Shown: positions 14,761 through 24,139 of the stretch, one piece after another | Layout of the letters: every line of letters begins with the position of its first letter | How positions within the stretch are numbered: position 1 is the stretch's first letter | Origin: a virus | Taxonomy: Duplodnaviria; Caudoviricetes | Direction: 5' to 3' (one strand) | DNA length: 25,495 bases | IMG/VR virus record: IMGVR_UViG_3300037420_001448 | Span: 1-25,495 of that record | Made by a program: the position numbers and the translations under genes | The notes under the pieces: generated by a model | What the model was told of the DNA's origin: nothing | Seen by the model: only the letters and a program-made list of their open reading frames with translations | Databases searched by the model: none

Positions 14761-16245
14761 GTGGCGCGCGGGGACCCAACAGATACGGACCGGATGCCGC
14801 ACAACGTCGAAGCGGAGGCGGCGCTGCTTGGTGCGCTGATGATCGACAATCGTTTGATCGACAATCTGCCGCCGATCCAGCCGACGCATTTCTTCGAACC
14901 TTTGCATGGCGAAATCTTCGACGCGATTCGAATGAAAGTAGGCCGGTCCGAATTAGCCAACCCGGTCACTCTGAAACCCTATTTCGACTCGCATGAGGCG
15001 ATGCAGGAAGTCGGCGGGGTCGCTTATCTGGCCCAACTGACAGGATCCGGCGCAGCGGTCATCGGTGCACGCGATTTTGCCGACCAGATCCTGCAGTTAG
15101 CCAATCTCCGCGCGCTCATCTGCATATCGCGCAAGACGATCGAGCGCTGCGAACGGACGGATATCGAAGACGCCGACGCCGCGGCCATCGCCGGCGACAT
15201 GGAGACGGTGATCTCCGAAACGCTGGTTTCGAGCGAGATTCGCAAGAGCACGGTCACGTTCGCGCAAGCCTTCGACGAATTGGGCGAGGAATACCGCGCC
15301 ATCGAGAACGGCGCGGCCCAGCCTGGCTTCACGATCAACAGATATCACGACTGGAACGCCGCTTGCGGCCGCATGGAGCCTCAGGATTTCATTCTCCTGG
15401 GCGCCCGGCCGAGCATGGGCAAGACGGGCGTCGGTTGCACCGTGGCGTTGGGAGCTGCTGAGGCAGGCGTCGGCACCGATTTCCTCAGCCTCGAAATGGA
15501 TCGGCGCAAGGCGAGCCGGCGAATCATCGCTGAGCTTCTGTACGACGTCGACGATCCGATTCCATACGAAGCGCTTACCGCCGGTAAGCTGAGCATGGCG
15601 CAGTGGCGGCGATTCGAAGCCGCCAAGGACGCGATCGCCAATCTCCCGCTTACGGTCTCCGACCCGCCGGTCATGTACGTCGAGGACGTCGCTCCGCACA
15701 TTCGCAAGCGGCAGCGGGAATTCGACAAGCGCGGATCCAAACTGCAGCTCGTCGTGCTCGATTATCTTGGTCGGCTCGATACACGCCGCAAGTTCAACGG
15801 CGCAACGGAGACCGTCAGTCATATCTCGAAGACGCTGAAGGCCGCGGCGAAGGAAACGAATGTCGCGCTCGTTGCCCTGGCGCAGCTCAGTCGAGCGTTG
15901 GAGCAGCGCGAGAACAAGCGGCCGATGCTGGCCGACCTCAGGGATTCGGGATCGCTCGAGCAGGACGCCGATACGGTCGTCTTCCTCTACCGCGAGGAAT
16001 ACTACCTCGAGCGCGCCGAGCCCAAGCACGGCACCGAGAAATGGGACAAGTGGTCGGACGAGATATCGTCCGTTCGCGACGACCTCGAGATCTTCTCCGC
16101 CAAGAAGCGGGAAGGGGCACTCACCAAGCGCGTCAGCAAGTTCCTGACACGATTCCAGGCGGTGCTGGACAGCAACGATCCGCGCGTCGTCGGCGCGCCG
16201 GGTCTCTTCAACGACGACCAAGGGTTTCCGGAAGCGAGAGGGTGA
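14761..16245 (+). CDS. dnaB: Replicative DNA helicase, DnaB family
   Basis: PHNVEAEAALLGALM, GARPSMGKT, SLEM, VVLDYL, AQLSRALEQRENKRPMLADLRDSGSLEQDAD. Confidence 0.95.
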   Translation: MARGDPTDTDRMPHNVEAEAALLGALMIDNRLIDNLPPIQPTHFFEPLHGEIFDAIRMKVGRSELANPVTLKPYFDSHEAMQEVGGVAYLAQLTGSGAAVIGARDFADQILQLANLRALICISRKTIERCERTDIEDADAAAIAGDMETVISETLVSSEIRKSTVTFAQAFDELGEEYRAIENGAAQPGFTINRYHDWNAACGRMEPQDFILLGARPSMGKTGVGCTVALGAAEAGVGTDFLSLEMDRRKASRRIIAELLYDVDDPIPYEALTAGKLSMAQWRRFEAAKDAIANLPLTVSDPPVMYVEDVAPHIRKRQREFDKRGSKLQLVVLDYLGRLDTRRKFNGATETVSHISKTLKAAAKETNVALVALAQLSRALEQRENKRPMLADLRDSGSLEQDADTVVFLYREEYYLERAEPKHGTEKWDKWSDEISSVRDDLEIFSAKKREGALTKRVSKFLTRFQAVLDSNDPRVVGAPGLFNDDQGFPEARG

Positions 16246-16246
16246 A

Positions 16247-17221
16247 ATGGCGATTGAGTTGATGAACCGGATCTGGTGGCGCGAGGATCTGGACTCGAGT
16301 GAGAAGATGGTTCTCCTCGCGCTCGCTGACCGTGCGGACGACGAAGGCGTCTGTTGGTACGCCGTCGAGACCATCTGCCGGAAGAGCAGCCTCTCGCGAC
16401 GCGGAGTGCAGAAGATCATCGGTCGGCTCTGTGACCGGCAGCTGCTCCGGAGGGTCCGGCGGCACGATCTATCCAACTATTATGTGATCCCCGTTGACAA
16501 GTTTCCGGAGGTCGAAAACCGCTCGCGGCCGAGCAAAGAAAAGGGTTCGCTTCAATATCTCGAAGAGGAACCGGACCTGTTTGGAGAGCGGGGCGAACGT
16601 GGTTCGCATCGGCGTAGCGCACTCGGTTCCGAGCGAGGCGCACGTGGGACCAAACGAGGCGAACCTGGTGCGCCCGATTCCCTGAGTGATTCCCTGATAG
16701 ATACAAAGGGGGGGACGCGCGCGCGAGAGACAATTCCCGAAATGGTAGTTCGGCGATGGAACGAGCTCGCATTCCTGCATCCGGCGCTGAAGCCATTCCA
16801 CGGACAGCTGACGCCTGAGCGCATCAGCAAAATTGAGACCCGCACGAGTGAATGGTCGGAGCGCCTGCCGCAGTGGAGCCGGGCGTTGACGCTCGAAATG
16901 CAATCCCAGCCAACCCGTGAGGAGGAGGTCTGGGTAGCCGTCTTCTTCGTCATCGGCACGTCACGGCTGCTGACCGGACAAAAGATCGATTGGGCGCCGA
17001 GCTTCGATTGGATGCTCGGCCCGAAGAATTTCACGAAAATCATGGAGGGCAATTATGGACACGGCCCAGACCGCATTGGCGCACCGTCGAACGACCCCCG
17101 CGACCGTAGCGCGGTTGCGGCAGGACGGACGGCTTTGGAGCGCGTTAAACGCGCTCGACTGCAACGCCCCGGTCAATCTTCCGGCGGAGATCCGCGTCGC
17201 GCTGCCGGCGCTCATCGCTGA
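16247..17221 (+). CDS. Replication initiator (N-terminal winged HTH, lambda O-like layout)
   Basis: EKMVLLALADRADDEGVCWYAVETICRKSSLSRRGVQKII; internal iterons; C-terminal FDWML...NFTKIMEGNY. Confidence 0.85.
   Translation: MAIELMNRIWWREDLDSSEKMVLLALADRADDEGVCWYAVETICRKSSLSRRGVQKIIGRLCDRQLLRRVRRHDLSNYYVIPVDKFPEVENRSRPSKEKGSLQYLEEEPDLFGERGERGSHRRSALGSERGARGTKRGEPGAPDSLSDSLIDTKGGTRARETIPEMVVRRWNELAFLHPALKPFHGQLTPERISKIETRTSEWSERLPQWSRALTLEMQSQPTREEEVWVAVFFVIGTSRLLTGQKIDWAPSFDWMLGPKNFTKIMEGNYGHGPDRIGAPSNDPRDRSAVAAGRTALERVKRARLQRPGQSSGGDPRRAAGAHR
16592..16697 (+). repeat. Putative replication origin: four iterons plus a 10-bp direct repeat
   Basis: GGCGAACGTGGTTCGC (16592), AGCGCACTCGGTTCCG (16616), GGCGCACGTGGGACCA (16637), GGCGAACCTGGTGCGC (16658); GATTCCCTGA at 16676 and 16688. 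Confidence 0.7.
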
Positions 17222-17537
17222 TGCCGAAGCCAAGCTCGCGCCGATGGACGACGAGTCCACGCAATTCGAGCTCGCCGCGGTGATGGCCGCCTTGGGCATG
17301 GGGCTGCCGCAATCCGAGAAAGAGGAGTTCATGACGGCCGCCCATATCCTCCTGGGCCAGTTTCCCGCCGGGCTCGCCCGCGAAGCGCTCCACGAATCGC
17401 TGACGAACGTGGACTCGCTCCGCAAGGTGCTGCCGTTCGTGAAGGCATATTGCGAGGACTACCCGCAGCGCCTCGCCCGTCATCGCGATCGGCTGGTGGC
17501 GCTTCAGGCGCACGTTCAGGGCCGCGGCAATGTATGA
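17055..17537 (+). CDS. Hypothetical helical protein downstream of the initiator (helicase-loader position)
   Basis: SD GGAGG, ATG17055; overlaps the initiator tail by 167 nt; LGQFPAGLAREAL. Confidence 0.65.
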   Translation: MDTAQTALAHRRTTPATVARLRQDGRLWSALNALDCNAPVNLPAEIRVALPALIADAEAKLAPMDDESTQFELAAVMAALGMGLPQSEKEEFMTAAHILLGQFPAGLAREALHESLTNVDSLRKVLPFVKAYCEDYPQRLARHRDRLVALQAHVQGRGNV

Positions 17538-17763
17538 GAGTTGCTTCATCGGCGCCGACCAGGTGCTCGAGCTCATCGCCGCAATCTCAATGCTGGCCGC
17601 GCTGGCACTCATCGCCGCGGTCGACCGACAGACGCGATCCGCGCGTCATTACCGCAACCTCTACCAGACCGCGCTTCGCGACATGCGGACGCTGAAAATC
17701 GAGCGCGACGATGCGCGCAGTGAGCTGATGTTCCCGGATCGGAAGGAGTTGCGTCATGGCTGA
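17530..17763 (+). CDS. Small protein with one hydrophobic segment
   Basis: LIAAISMLAALALIAAV; 8-nt overlaps with both neighbours. Confidence 0.6.
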   Translation: MYESCFIGADQVLELIAAISMLAALALIAAVDRQTRSARHYRNLYQTALRDMRTLKIERDDARSELMFPDRKELRHG

Positions 17764-17947
17764 TTTCGAGCGCTGCCCGATTGGCACGAAGACATACCTC
17801 GAGGACGCCGCGAAGCGTTTCCGAGAGTACGAAACGCATCATCGGGATATTGCTCAACGGACAGGCGCCAAAACCGGCCGAGAGGAAAAGGCCGCACGAA
17901 ACGCTGAAATGGCCGAGCGAGCGGAGCAGCTGCTTCGTGATTTCTGA
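17756..17947 (+). CDS. Hypothetical protein (63 aa)
   Basis: SD AAGGAG; FREYETHHR...KTGREEKAARNAEMAER resembles 10081..10320. Confidence 0.65.
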   Translation: MADFERCPIGTKTYLEDAAKRFREYETHHRDIAQRTGAKTGREEKAARNAEMAERAEQLLRDF

Positions 17948-18851
17948 TCCAAAAAGGAAGAAGCGGGCCCGGCCGCTGGTCCGCTGGCACGGCGGCAAGT
18001 GGATGATCTCGCAATGGATCCTGGGCTTCCTGCCGCCCCATGACACGTACGTCGAGCCTTTCGGCGGGGGAGCATCGATCCTGCTTCGCAAGGAGCGCGC
18101 GCGGAAGGCGGAAATCTATAACGACCTGGACGAGACGCTCGTTCGATTGTTCAAAGTGCTGCAAGATCCCGACAAGTCTCTGCGCCTGCTCGAGCTGCTG
18201 CGCCTGACGCCATACGCGCGAAAGGAATTCGATTGGGCGTACCGGCCGACGAAGGACGACGTCGAGGGGGCCAGGCGAACGCTCGTACGTTCGTGGATGG
18301 GTTATGGCAGCGACGGCACCGCCGGCGTTTACAAGACCGGCTTTCGGTCGATCGTGAACCACGCCGGGAAGACGCCGGCCGGGGAATGGGTTAACTATTG
18401 CGCGACGCTGCCGGCGACGATCGAACGTCTGCAAGGTGTGAACATCGAATGCCGCGACGCGTTCAAGGTTGCGAAGCAATATGACACGCCGGAGACTCTC
18501 TTCTACTTCGACCCGCCCTATCTTCCGGAGACCAGGTCAGTTGGGAATCGCCGGCGCGGCGCTGGCTACCATGTCTACCAGCACGAGCTCACGACCGAGG
18601 ACCACGTACGTCTCCTCGATTTTCTCGAAGGTCTGCAGGGGATGGTGATCCTGTCCGGATATCCGTCGGCGCTCTATGAACAGCGCCTGGCGAAGTGGAA
18701 GAGGCACTCCCGAAAAGCGTACGCCGATGGTGCCATGCCAAGGACGGAGGTTGTCTGGATCAATCCCCGTTGCGCGGCCAGGCTGCGCGAGGAGGAGCGT
18801 CAGCGGCAGACACCGCCGCAACTTTCGCTGTTGGCAGGAGCGCTCGCGTGA
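17937..18851 (+). CDS. Dam-like (D12 class) DNA adenine methyltransferase
   Basis: GTG17937 after GGAG; RWHGGK, YVEPFGGGASI, YNDLD, YFDPPY, ILSGY, RTEVVWIN. Confidence 0.92.
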   Translation: MISDPKRKKRARPLVRWHGGKWMISQWILGFLPPHDTYVEPFGGGASILLRKERARKAEIYNDLDETLVRLFKVLQDPDKSLRLLELLRLTPYARKEFDWAYRPTKDDVEGARRTLVRSWMGYGSDGTAGVYKTGFRSIVNHAGKTPAGEWVNYCATLPATIERLQGVNIECRDAFKVAKQYDTPETLFYFDPPYLPETRSVGNRRRGAGYHVYQHELTTEDHVRLLDFLEGLQGMVILSGYPSALYEQRLAKWKRHSRKAYADGAMPRTEVVWINPRCAARLREEERQRQTPPQLSLLAGALA

Positions 18852-19222
18852 CCGACCTCACCGTTTCCAAACCAACGTTCCTCGAATTGTCTAACGCGCT
18901 CGCGAAAGCCGGCCGGCTGGATCTTCTCAACGAAGATGGGGCGGTCGAGTGTGGCAACCTGACGATCACTACTGCTGATGCCATTCCCCAGGCGTCTCGC
19001 CTCGCTGCAGCGATGGATGACGCTGCGGCCAAATACACGGCGCCATGCGAGGCAGCCTATGCGGACGAGGACGTCGAGGTCCATGTACGGCACAAGGCCG
19101 ACGGAATTCATGTGATCGAGCGCCGGCCCGGTCTGGAACAGCGCGTCGTCACCATGCCGACCCTTGCCGTGCCCGGGGTCATCGAAGGTTTGGTCGAGTC
19201 GTTGGTGAAGCCCGCGATCTGA
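18848..19222 (+). CDS. Hypothetical protein
   Basis: GTG18848 (GTGA overlap) with SD AGGAG. Confidence 0.6.
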   Translation: MTDLTVSKPTFLELSNALAKAGRLDLLNEDGAVECGNLTITTADAIPQASRLAAAMDDAAAKYTAPCEAAYADEDVEVHVRHKADGIHVIERRPGLEQRVVTMPTLAVPGVIEGLVESLVKPAI

Positions 19223-19226
19223 CGTT

Positions 19227-19262
19227 TCGTTTTGTCTCATTTTGCAACGTGAGACGAAACGA
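19227..19262. promoter_or_regulatory. Inverted repeat upstream of the terminase genes (late promoter operator or cos candidate)
   Basis: TCGTTTTGTCTCA-N10-TGAGACGAAACGA, 12/13 match; TTGCAA-N16-TATCAA overlaps it. Confidence 0.5.
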
Positions 19263-19280
19263 TTATCAACGTGCGCGGGT

Positions 19281-19901
19281 ATGCCGACTCCAATTGATCC
19301 TAAGAGACTGCCGACGCTCCGTGCGGCGCTGAAGCGTTTCAAGCCCGGGGAGAAGGTGCCCCAACAGAATTTGGCGAAGATCTACGGCGTCACGAATGCG
19401 CGGTTCACCACGCTCGCCAAGCAACGATTTGAGAATTTTCCTCCGGCCGAACGTCACGAGGACAAGACGCATTGGTACGAGGCGGTGCCGGCCATCCAGT
19501 CGATGATCGCCTACCTCACGAACGCAGGAGCGAAGAAGCGCGCGTCTGCGCGTCGGGCCGCGGCGATCCTGGGTGAAGCGAGCGAAGAAGCCCAGACAAC
19601 CCCCGAGCCCCAGGAGCTGCCGCCGCCGACGCCCGCCGAGCTGGACAAGCTGGCATCAGCCGAGACGCGCACGTTCCGGCTCGAGCAGGAGAAGAAGCAG
19701 TTCGTCCGCGCGGACGTCGCGCGCGCGTTCATCCGTGATCTGTTCAATGCCGTCCAGCGCCAGGTTGGCGGGCTGGCGACGGAGATCGATCCCAACGGCG
19801 AGCTGCCGCCGGAGCATCGGCAGCGCCTCGAATCGTCCGTTCGTTTCGCGATGGTCAAGATCCACGAGACAGTGAAGGCGATCGTGGACGATGCCGCTTG
19901 A
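19281..19901 (+). CDS. terS: Terminase small subunit (Nu1-like)
   Basis: wHTH-like QQNLAKIYGVT...FP...WYEA, coiled coil with LEQEKKQFVRAD; directly upstream of TerL. Confidence 0.75.
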   Translation: MPTPIDPKRLPTLRAALKRFKPGEKVPQQNLAKIYGVTNARFTTLAKQRFENFPPAERHEDKTHWYEAVPAIQSMIAYLTNAGAKKRASARRAAAILGEASEEAQTTPEPQELPPPTPAELDKLASAETRTFRLEQEKKQFVRADVARAFIRDLFNAVQRQVGGLATEIDPNGELPPEHRQRLESSVRFAMVKIHETVKAIVDDAA

Positions 19902-22056
19902 TGGCGTAGCCGGCTATTACGCGCGCTGCCGCGCACTCGAGGTAGAGCTTCGTCACGCTGCCAGCGAGGACGTCTACCCGAAAATGGGTGAGTTGGCGGC
20001 GACGGAGATCGATGCTCTCCTTCCCATTGAGCTCATCAGCACGGACGAGGTCGCGAGGAAATATCGCAAGCTGCCGAAGATCGGCGGCGGCAGCATGGAT
20101 TTCGACGAGAAGAAGACGCCGTACGTGAAGGATATCCACGGCGCGCTCGATGATCCATCGAAGCGGATTGTGCTCGTCCAGGGCAACGCACGCGGCGTGA
20201 AGACGACCGCAGCTGAAAACAAACTCCTGAAGATCGCCAAGTTCGGACCGGCCCAGGGCGTGCTCTGGTACATGCACTCCGAGCCGGATCTTCGCCGCTA
20301 CGTCGAGGAACGCGTCGAATTCTTCTTCCAGGAGCATGAGCTGGAACACAAGATCTCCGGCCGCGGCGGACGATCCAAATGGAACATCAAACGCGTTGAC
20401 GGGATGGTCTGGGAGTGGCTCGCTGCGAACGCATCGACGACGCGCGCTCGTTCGGCCGCTTTCATCGTCGGCGATGAGGTCGACGCGATGCGGCCGGCAA
20501 TCGCCAATGCTCTTGTAACTCTCTTCCGCAACCGCCAGCGCGAATATGGAAACCTCGCGAAAGCCTACCTGTCATCGCACCCTGACCGCGGCCCGACGGC
20601 CGGTATTTCGTCACTGCTCCTCGATTCGGATCGCCGGCTTCGGTACTGGACGTGCCCCGACTGCGCGCACCTGATAAGCCCATGCAAGGAGGCACCGAAG
20701 GACAGGCGCGTTACGTGGAACGTGCCGGAGCTGCTCAAAGAGGCGGGGGAGACAATGGACCGCGACGAGCTGCTGGACCTAGTTGAAGCTAACGTCTTCC
20801 TCGTTTGCCCGCACTGCAAGCGGAAGATCGCGAACGAAGAAAGATTGCAGCTCGAGCGCGACACCGGACAGTGGATCGGCAAGGGGCAGGAGATCGACGA
20901 GCACGAGAACGTCGTCGGCGAGCTCATCAAACACGATACGGCCGGCTTCATCATCCATGCGTTCATGACGCCGTTCGTGACGCTCGGCGGGCTGGCTCGG
21001 GAATGGACAGGCGCCTACCTCAACTATCTCAACGAGGGCGGCCAGGCGAAGGCCAAGGTCGGCAAGAAATCGAAGGAGCAGGATAAGAACGCTGCCGCGC
21101 TCTTGAAAGAGGTCAACGTCAAGTCGCTCGGTGAGGTTCACGAGGACCCTGACAATTCGGCCGGAAAGGTGCGCGACTGGAAGGAAACCAAGGCGGCGCA
21201 TCTGGACACTGGATACCGGATGAAGACCGTGCCCCGAGGGGTCGATTTCCTGACTATGATGGTCGACGTCCAGGGCAACCGCTTCGAAGCCGGCGTCTGG
21301 GGTTGGTCGCGTAGTCGCGAATGCTGGCTTGTCGATCGCTTCGCCATCAAACAGCGGATGGGTCTGAAGGATATCAATCCTGGTGAGAACATCGACGATT
21401 GGAACGTCCTCGAGGCGGCCCTGAGTTTCACCTATCCGACGCAAGAGGATCCGTCGAAGCATCTGATGATCGCGAAGATGGCGGTCGACACTGGCGGTGT
21501 GCCAGGCGTCACCAACAATGCGCGGATCTGGGCCGCGAACATGCTTGCCGCCGGCAAGTGTCCGTCGTGGCGGCTGATGCTCTCGAAGGGCGATCGACAT
21601 TTGCTCGGCGATCTCTACGGCAAGCCCAATCGCATTAGCGAGGACGACGGCGGCCGTCCGTTGCCTGTCACGGTCATCGAGCGAATCGTCAACGTGTCGG
21701 CCGTCAAACGCGTGATGGCGCGCCGGCTGGACATTCCCGAGCCCGGCCCTGGCTTCGTCCATCTGCCGTCCGATATCGAGGATCGGTATATCCGCGAGCT
21801 CGTCGCCGAAGTCGAAGTCAATGGAGAATGGATCCGGCGCGGCGCGAACGAAACGTGGGACACGCTCATAATGTGCGAGGTCGCGCGTGCGTTGCTGGCG
21901 CCGGAAAACAAAGCGATCGACTGGCTCAACGACCGGCCGGTCTGGGCAACGCCGTTCACTCCATCGCAAAACTCACGTAACGATGATAACAGACCACGTG
22001 ACGTCGATTTCTTCGATCGGCTGGGCCGACTGAATAGGGGTGAGACGAGAAAATGA
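19891..22056 (+). CDS. terL: Terminase large subunit, lambda GpA family
   Basis: TPYVKDI, Walker A-like NARGVKTT, Walker B FIVGDEVD, CPDC/CPHC, MVDVQGNR, AVDTGG, NETWDT. Confidence 0.9.
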   Translation: MPLDGVAGYYARCRALEVELRHAASEDVYPKMGELAATEIDALLPIELISTDEVARKYRKLPKIGGGSMDFDEKKTPYVKDIHGALDDPSKRIVLVQGNARGVKTTAAENKLLKIAKFGPAQGVLWYMHSEPDLRRYVEERVEFFFQEHELEHKISGRGGRSKWNIKRVDGMVWEWLAANASTTRARSAAFIVGDEVDAMRPAIANALVTLFRNRQREYGNLAKAYLSSHPDRGPTAGISSLLLDSDRRLRYWTCPDCAHLISPCKEAPKDRRVTWNVPELLKEAGETMDRDELLDLVEANVFLVCPHCKRKIANEERLQLERDTGQWIGKGQEIDEHENVVGELIKHDTAGFIIHAFMTPFVTLGGLAREWTGAYLNYLNEGGQAKAKVGKKSKEQDKNAAALLKEVNVKSLGEVHEDPDNSAGKVRDWKETKAAHLDTGYRMKTVPRGVDFLTMMVDVQGNRFEAGVWGWSRSRECWLVDRFAIKQRMGLKDINPGENIDDWNVLEAALSFTYPTQEDPSKHLMIAKMAVDTGGVPGVTNNARIWAANMLAAGKCPSWRLMLSKGDRHLLGDLYGKPNRISEDDGGRPLPVTVIERIVNVSAVKRVMARRLDIPEPGPGFVHLPSDIEDRYIRELVAEVEVNGEWIRRGANETWDTLIMCEVARALLAPENKAIDWLNDRPVWATPFTPSQNSRNDDNRPRDVDFFDRLGRLNRGETRK

Positions 22057-22313
22057 GCCTCTACGGTAGCTACTCCGACGACGATCTTGCCGCCGAGATC
22101 ACCGACCTCAAAGCGCGCATCATCGCGGCCGGCAAGGCTGACGACGCCGGCGTTTCCGTTGTCGCCGGAGAACGCCGCCGCATCGAATGGACTCGCACCC
22201 AGGGCCGCGGCGTCCAGCAACTCGCCAATCTGCGAGAGCTGCTGCGCGAGGCTGAGGCCGAAATGACGCGCCGCACCAGCTGCGGCGGCGGTGCAATTGG
22301 AGTTGTCTTCTGA
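22053..22313 (+). CDS. gpW-like head-tail joining protein
   Basis: Small protein between TerL and portal; GERRRIEWT...LANLRELL. Confidence 0.7.
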   Translation: MSLYGSYSDDDLAAEITDLKARIIAAGKADDAGVSVVAGERRRIEWTRTQGRGVQQLANLRELLREAEAEMTRRTSCGGGAIGVVF

Positions 22314-24139
22314 TGGCTACGCGTCGCCAGCCGCCGAAAGGCGCTATCACCACATCGCTGAAGCCGCCGAAGAAATTCGCGATGCCGACTGGCGCACGAC
22401 CATCCGCACTGCGTGATCCGGCGTTCGACTATGGCATGACGCCGTACGGACGGCAGGCGTACCGCGACGCCAATCCGGCGCTATGGGGCAATGGCGGCCG
22501 TGCGATCTTCTCACCGTCCAGCCCGAATCGGGAGATCAACCCGAGCCGTGCGAGCGGCGTCAAGAACGCCCGCGAGGCGGACCGGAACCAGCCGCTCATC
22601 AACGCCGGGATCTCGAAGCGCGCCGCCAACGCCGTCGGTGCCAACCTCCGCCTGCAGTATCTCCCGAATTGGGAAGCGCTCGGTATCGATCCCAACAGCG
22701 ATGAGGCGGTTTCGTTCGTCCAGACGATCGAGAACCATTTCTCGCTATGGGGCGAGGACTTCCGATTCCTTTGCGACGCGCAGCGCCAGGGGCAATTCGG
22801 CGCTCTCATGTTCCTTGCATGCCGGGAATGCTTTGGCGCGGAAGGCGAGACGCTGGTTATCGCGCGCTACGACGAGGACCGCATGGTCCGCTATCAGGGC
22901 CAGTACGCGACGTTCATCGAGGTCGTCAGCGTCGATCGCCTCAGCAATCCGTCCGATTACGCGCTCGGCGATCCGAACAAGCCCGTGATCTGGATGGGCA
23001 AGGAGGTCGACGAGTACGGCGCCGCGGTAGCGTACCACGTCGAGACCGTGCACCCGTCCGATTCGCTCACCGGCGAACGTAAGTGGGAACGCATCGTTCG
23101 CGAGACCGATTGGGGCCGCCCCGTCGGCATCCATTATTTCTCACGCACCCGGGCGGGAATGCAGCGCGCCATGCCGGCGATCATCCAGTCGCTCCGCACG
23201 GTGAAGATGCTGGATCGGCTGGACGACGCTCAGCTGCAGTCGGCGATCATCAACGCGATCCTCAGCGTCTACATCGAGTCGCCGGGCACGACCGCCGAAA
23301 TGATCCAGAAGCTGACGGCCGGCACTCCATCCGGCGCGTCGGATCCGCTGTCCAACTTCTTCGACAAGCGCTTCGACTATTATGAGAACGAGGACAATTC
23401 GCTGACGGCCGACGGCGTCCGCATTCCGGTTTTGCCGCCCGGCGACAAGATCTCGATGGAGGCGGTCAACCGTGCCGCCGACGATCCGACGGACTTTCGT
23501 TCGTCGTTCCTCCGCGTGCTCGCCGCGCAGCTCAACCTCACGTACGAGCAATTCAGCGGCGACTATTCGAAGACGACCTTCTCGAGCGCCCGCGCGGCGA
23601 TCATCGATATCTGGCGGCTGGTCACGCTGGACAGGATCTTCTTCACCCAGCACGTCGCCTATCCGATCTTCGCCGCCTGGCTCGAAGAGTGCTACGTCCG
23701 CGCCGACGAGCTCGGGATCGACTGGCCGTCGACATGGCCGGACTTCCACGAGAATATGGCCGCGTTCACGCAATGCGAATTCCGCGGTCCTGGCATGGGC
23801 TGGGTCGATCCGCAGAAGGACGTTACCGCGGCCGGTCTGCGCGTCGAGCAGGGGTTGACGTCCCCGACGTTCGAAGCCTCGCAGCAAGGCCAGGACTTTC
23901 GCGACAACGTCGATCAGACTGCCCGCGACTATGCGTACGCGCGCTCTAAAGGCGTCGCGATTCCCGGCATGCCCGAATATACCGCGATGCAGAACCCGGT
24001 GCCGCCGGCCGATCCCAACGCGGACCCCAACGCGAGCGACGGCAGCAACTCAGGCCAAGATCCTTCGGGCTCGCAGCCACCGGCGAATGAGGATCAGGCG
24101 CGAGCTGAAGAGCTCGAGCGTCAGGAGAACCGACTGTGA
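22313..24139 (+). CDS. Portal protein, lambda family
   Basis: AREADRN, GKEVDEYGAAVAYHV, LTYEQFSGDYSKTTFSSARA, GMGWVDPQKDV. Confidence 0.92.
   Translation: MATRRQPPKGAITTSLKPPKKFAMPTGARPSALRDPAFDYGMTPYGRQAYRDANPALWGNGGRAIFSPSSPNREINPSRASGVKNAREADRNQPLINAGISKRAANAVGANLRLQYLPNWEALGIDPNSDEAVSFVQTIENHFSLWGEDFRFLCDAQRQGQFGALMFLACRECFGAEGETLVIARYDEDRMVRYQGQYATFIEVVSVDRLSNPSDYALGDPNKPVIWMGKEVDEYGAAVAYHVETVHPSDSLTGERKWERIVRETDWGRPVGIHYFSRTRAGMQRAMPAIIQSLRTVKMLDRLDDAQLQSAIINAILSVYIESPGTTAEMIQKLTAGTPSGASDPLSNFFDKRFDYYENEDNSLTADGVRIPVLPPGDKISMEAVNRAADDPTDFRSSFLRVLAAQLNLTYEQFSGDYSKTTFSSARAAIIDIWRLVTLDRIFFTQHVAYPIFAAWLEECYVRADELGIDWPSTWPDFHENMAAFTQCEFRGPGMGWVDPQKDVTAAGLRVEQGLTSPTFEASQQGQDFRDNVDQTARDYAYARSKGVAIPGMPEYTAMQNPVPPADPNADPNASDGSNSGQDPSGSQPPANEDQARAEELERQENRL

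Noticed and set aside
15097-16476. Long antisense ORFs (also 20779..21969, 23141..23887, 24121..24864)
   Set aside because: Shadow frames of high-GC genes opposite dnaB, terL, portal and protease; no motifs.
23995-24100. Pro/Asp/Asn-rich tail of the portal as a repeat element
   Set aside because: Ordinary low-complexity disordered C-terminus.
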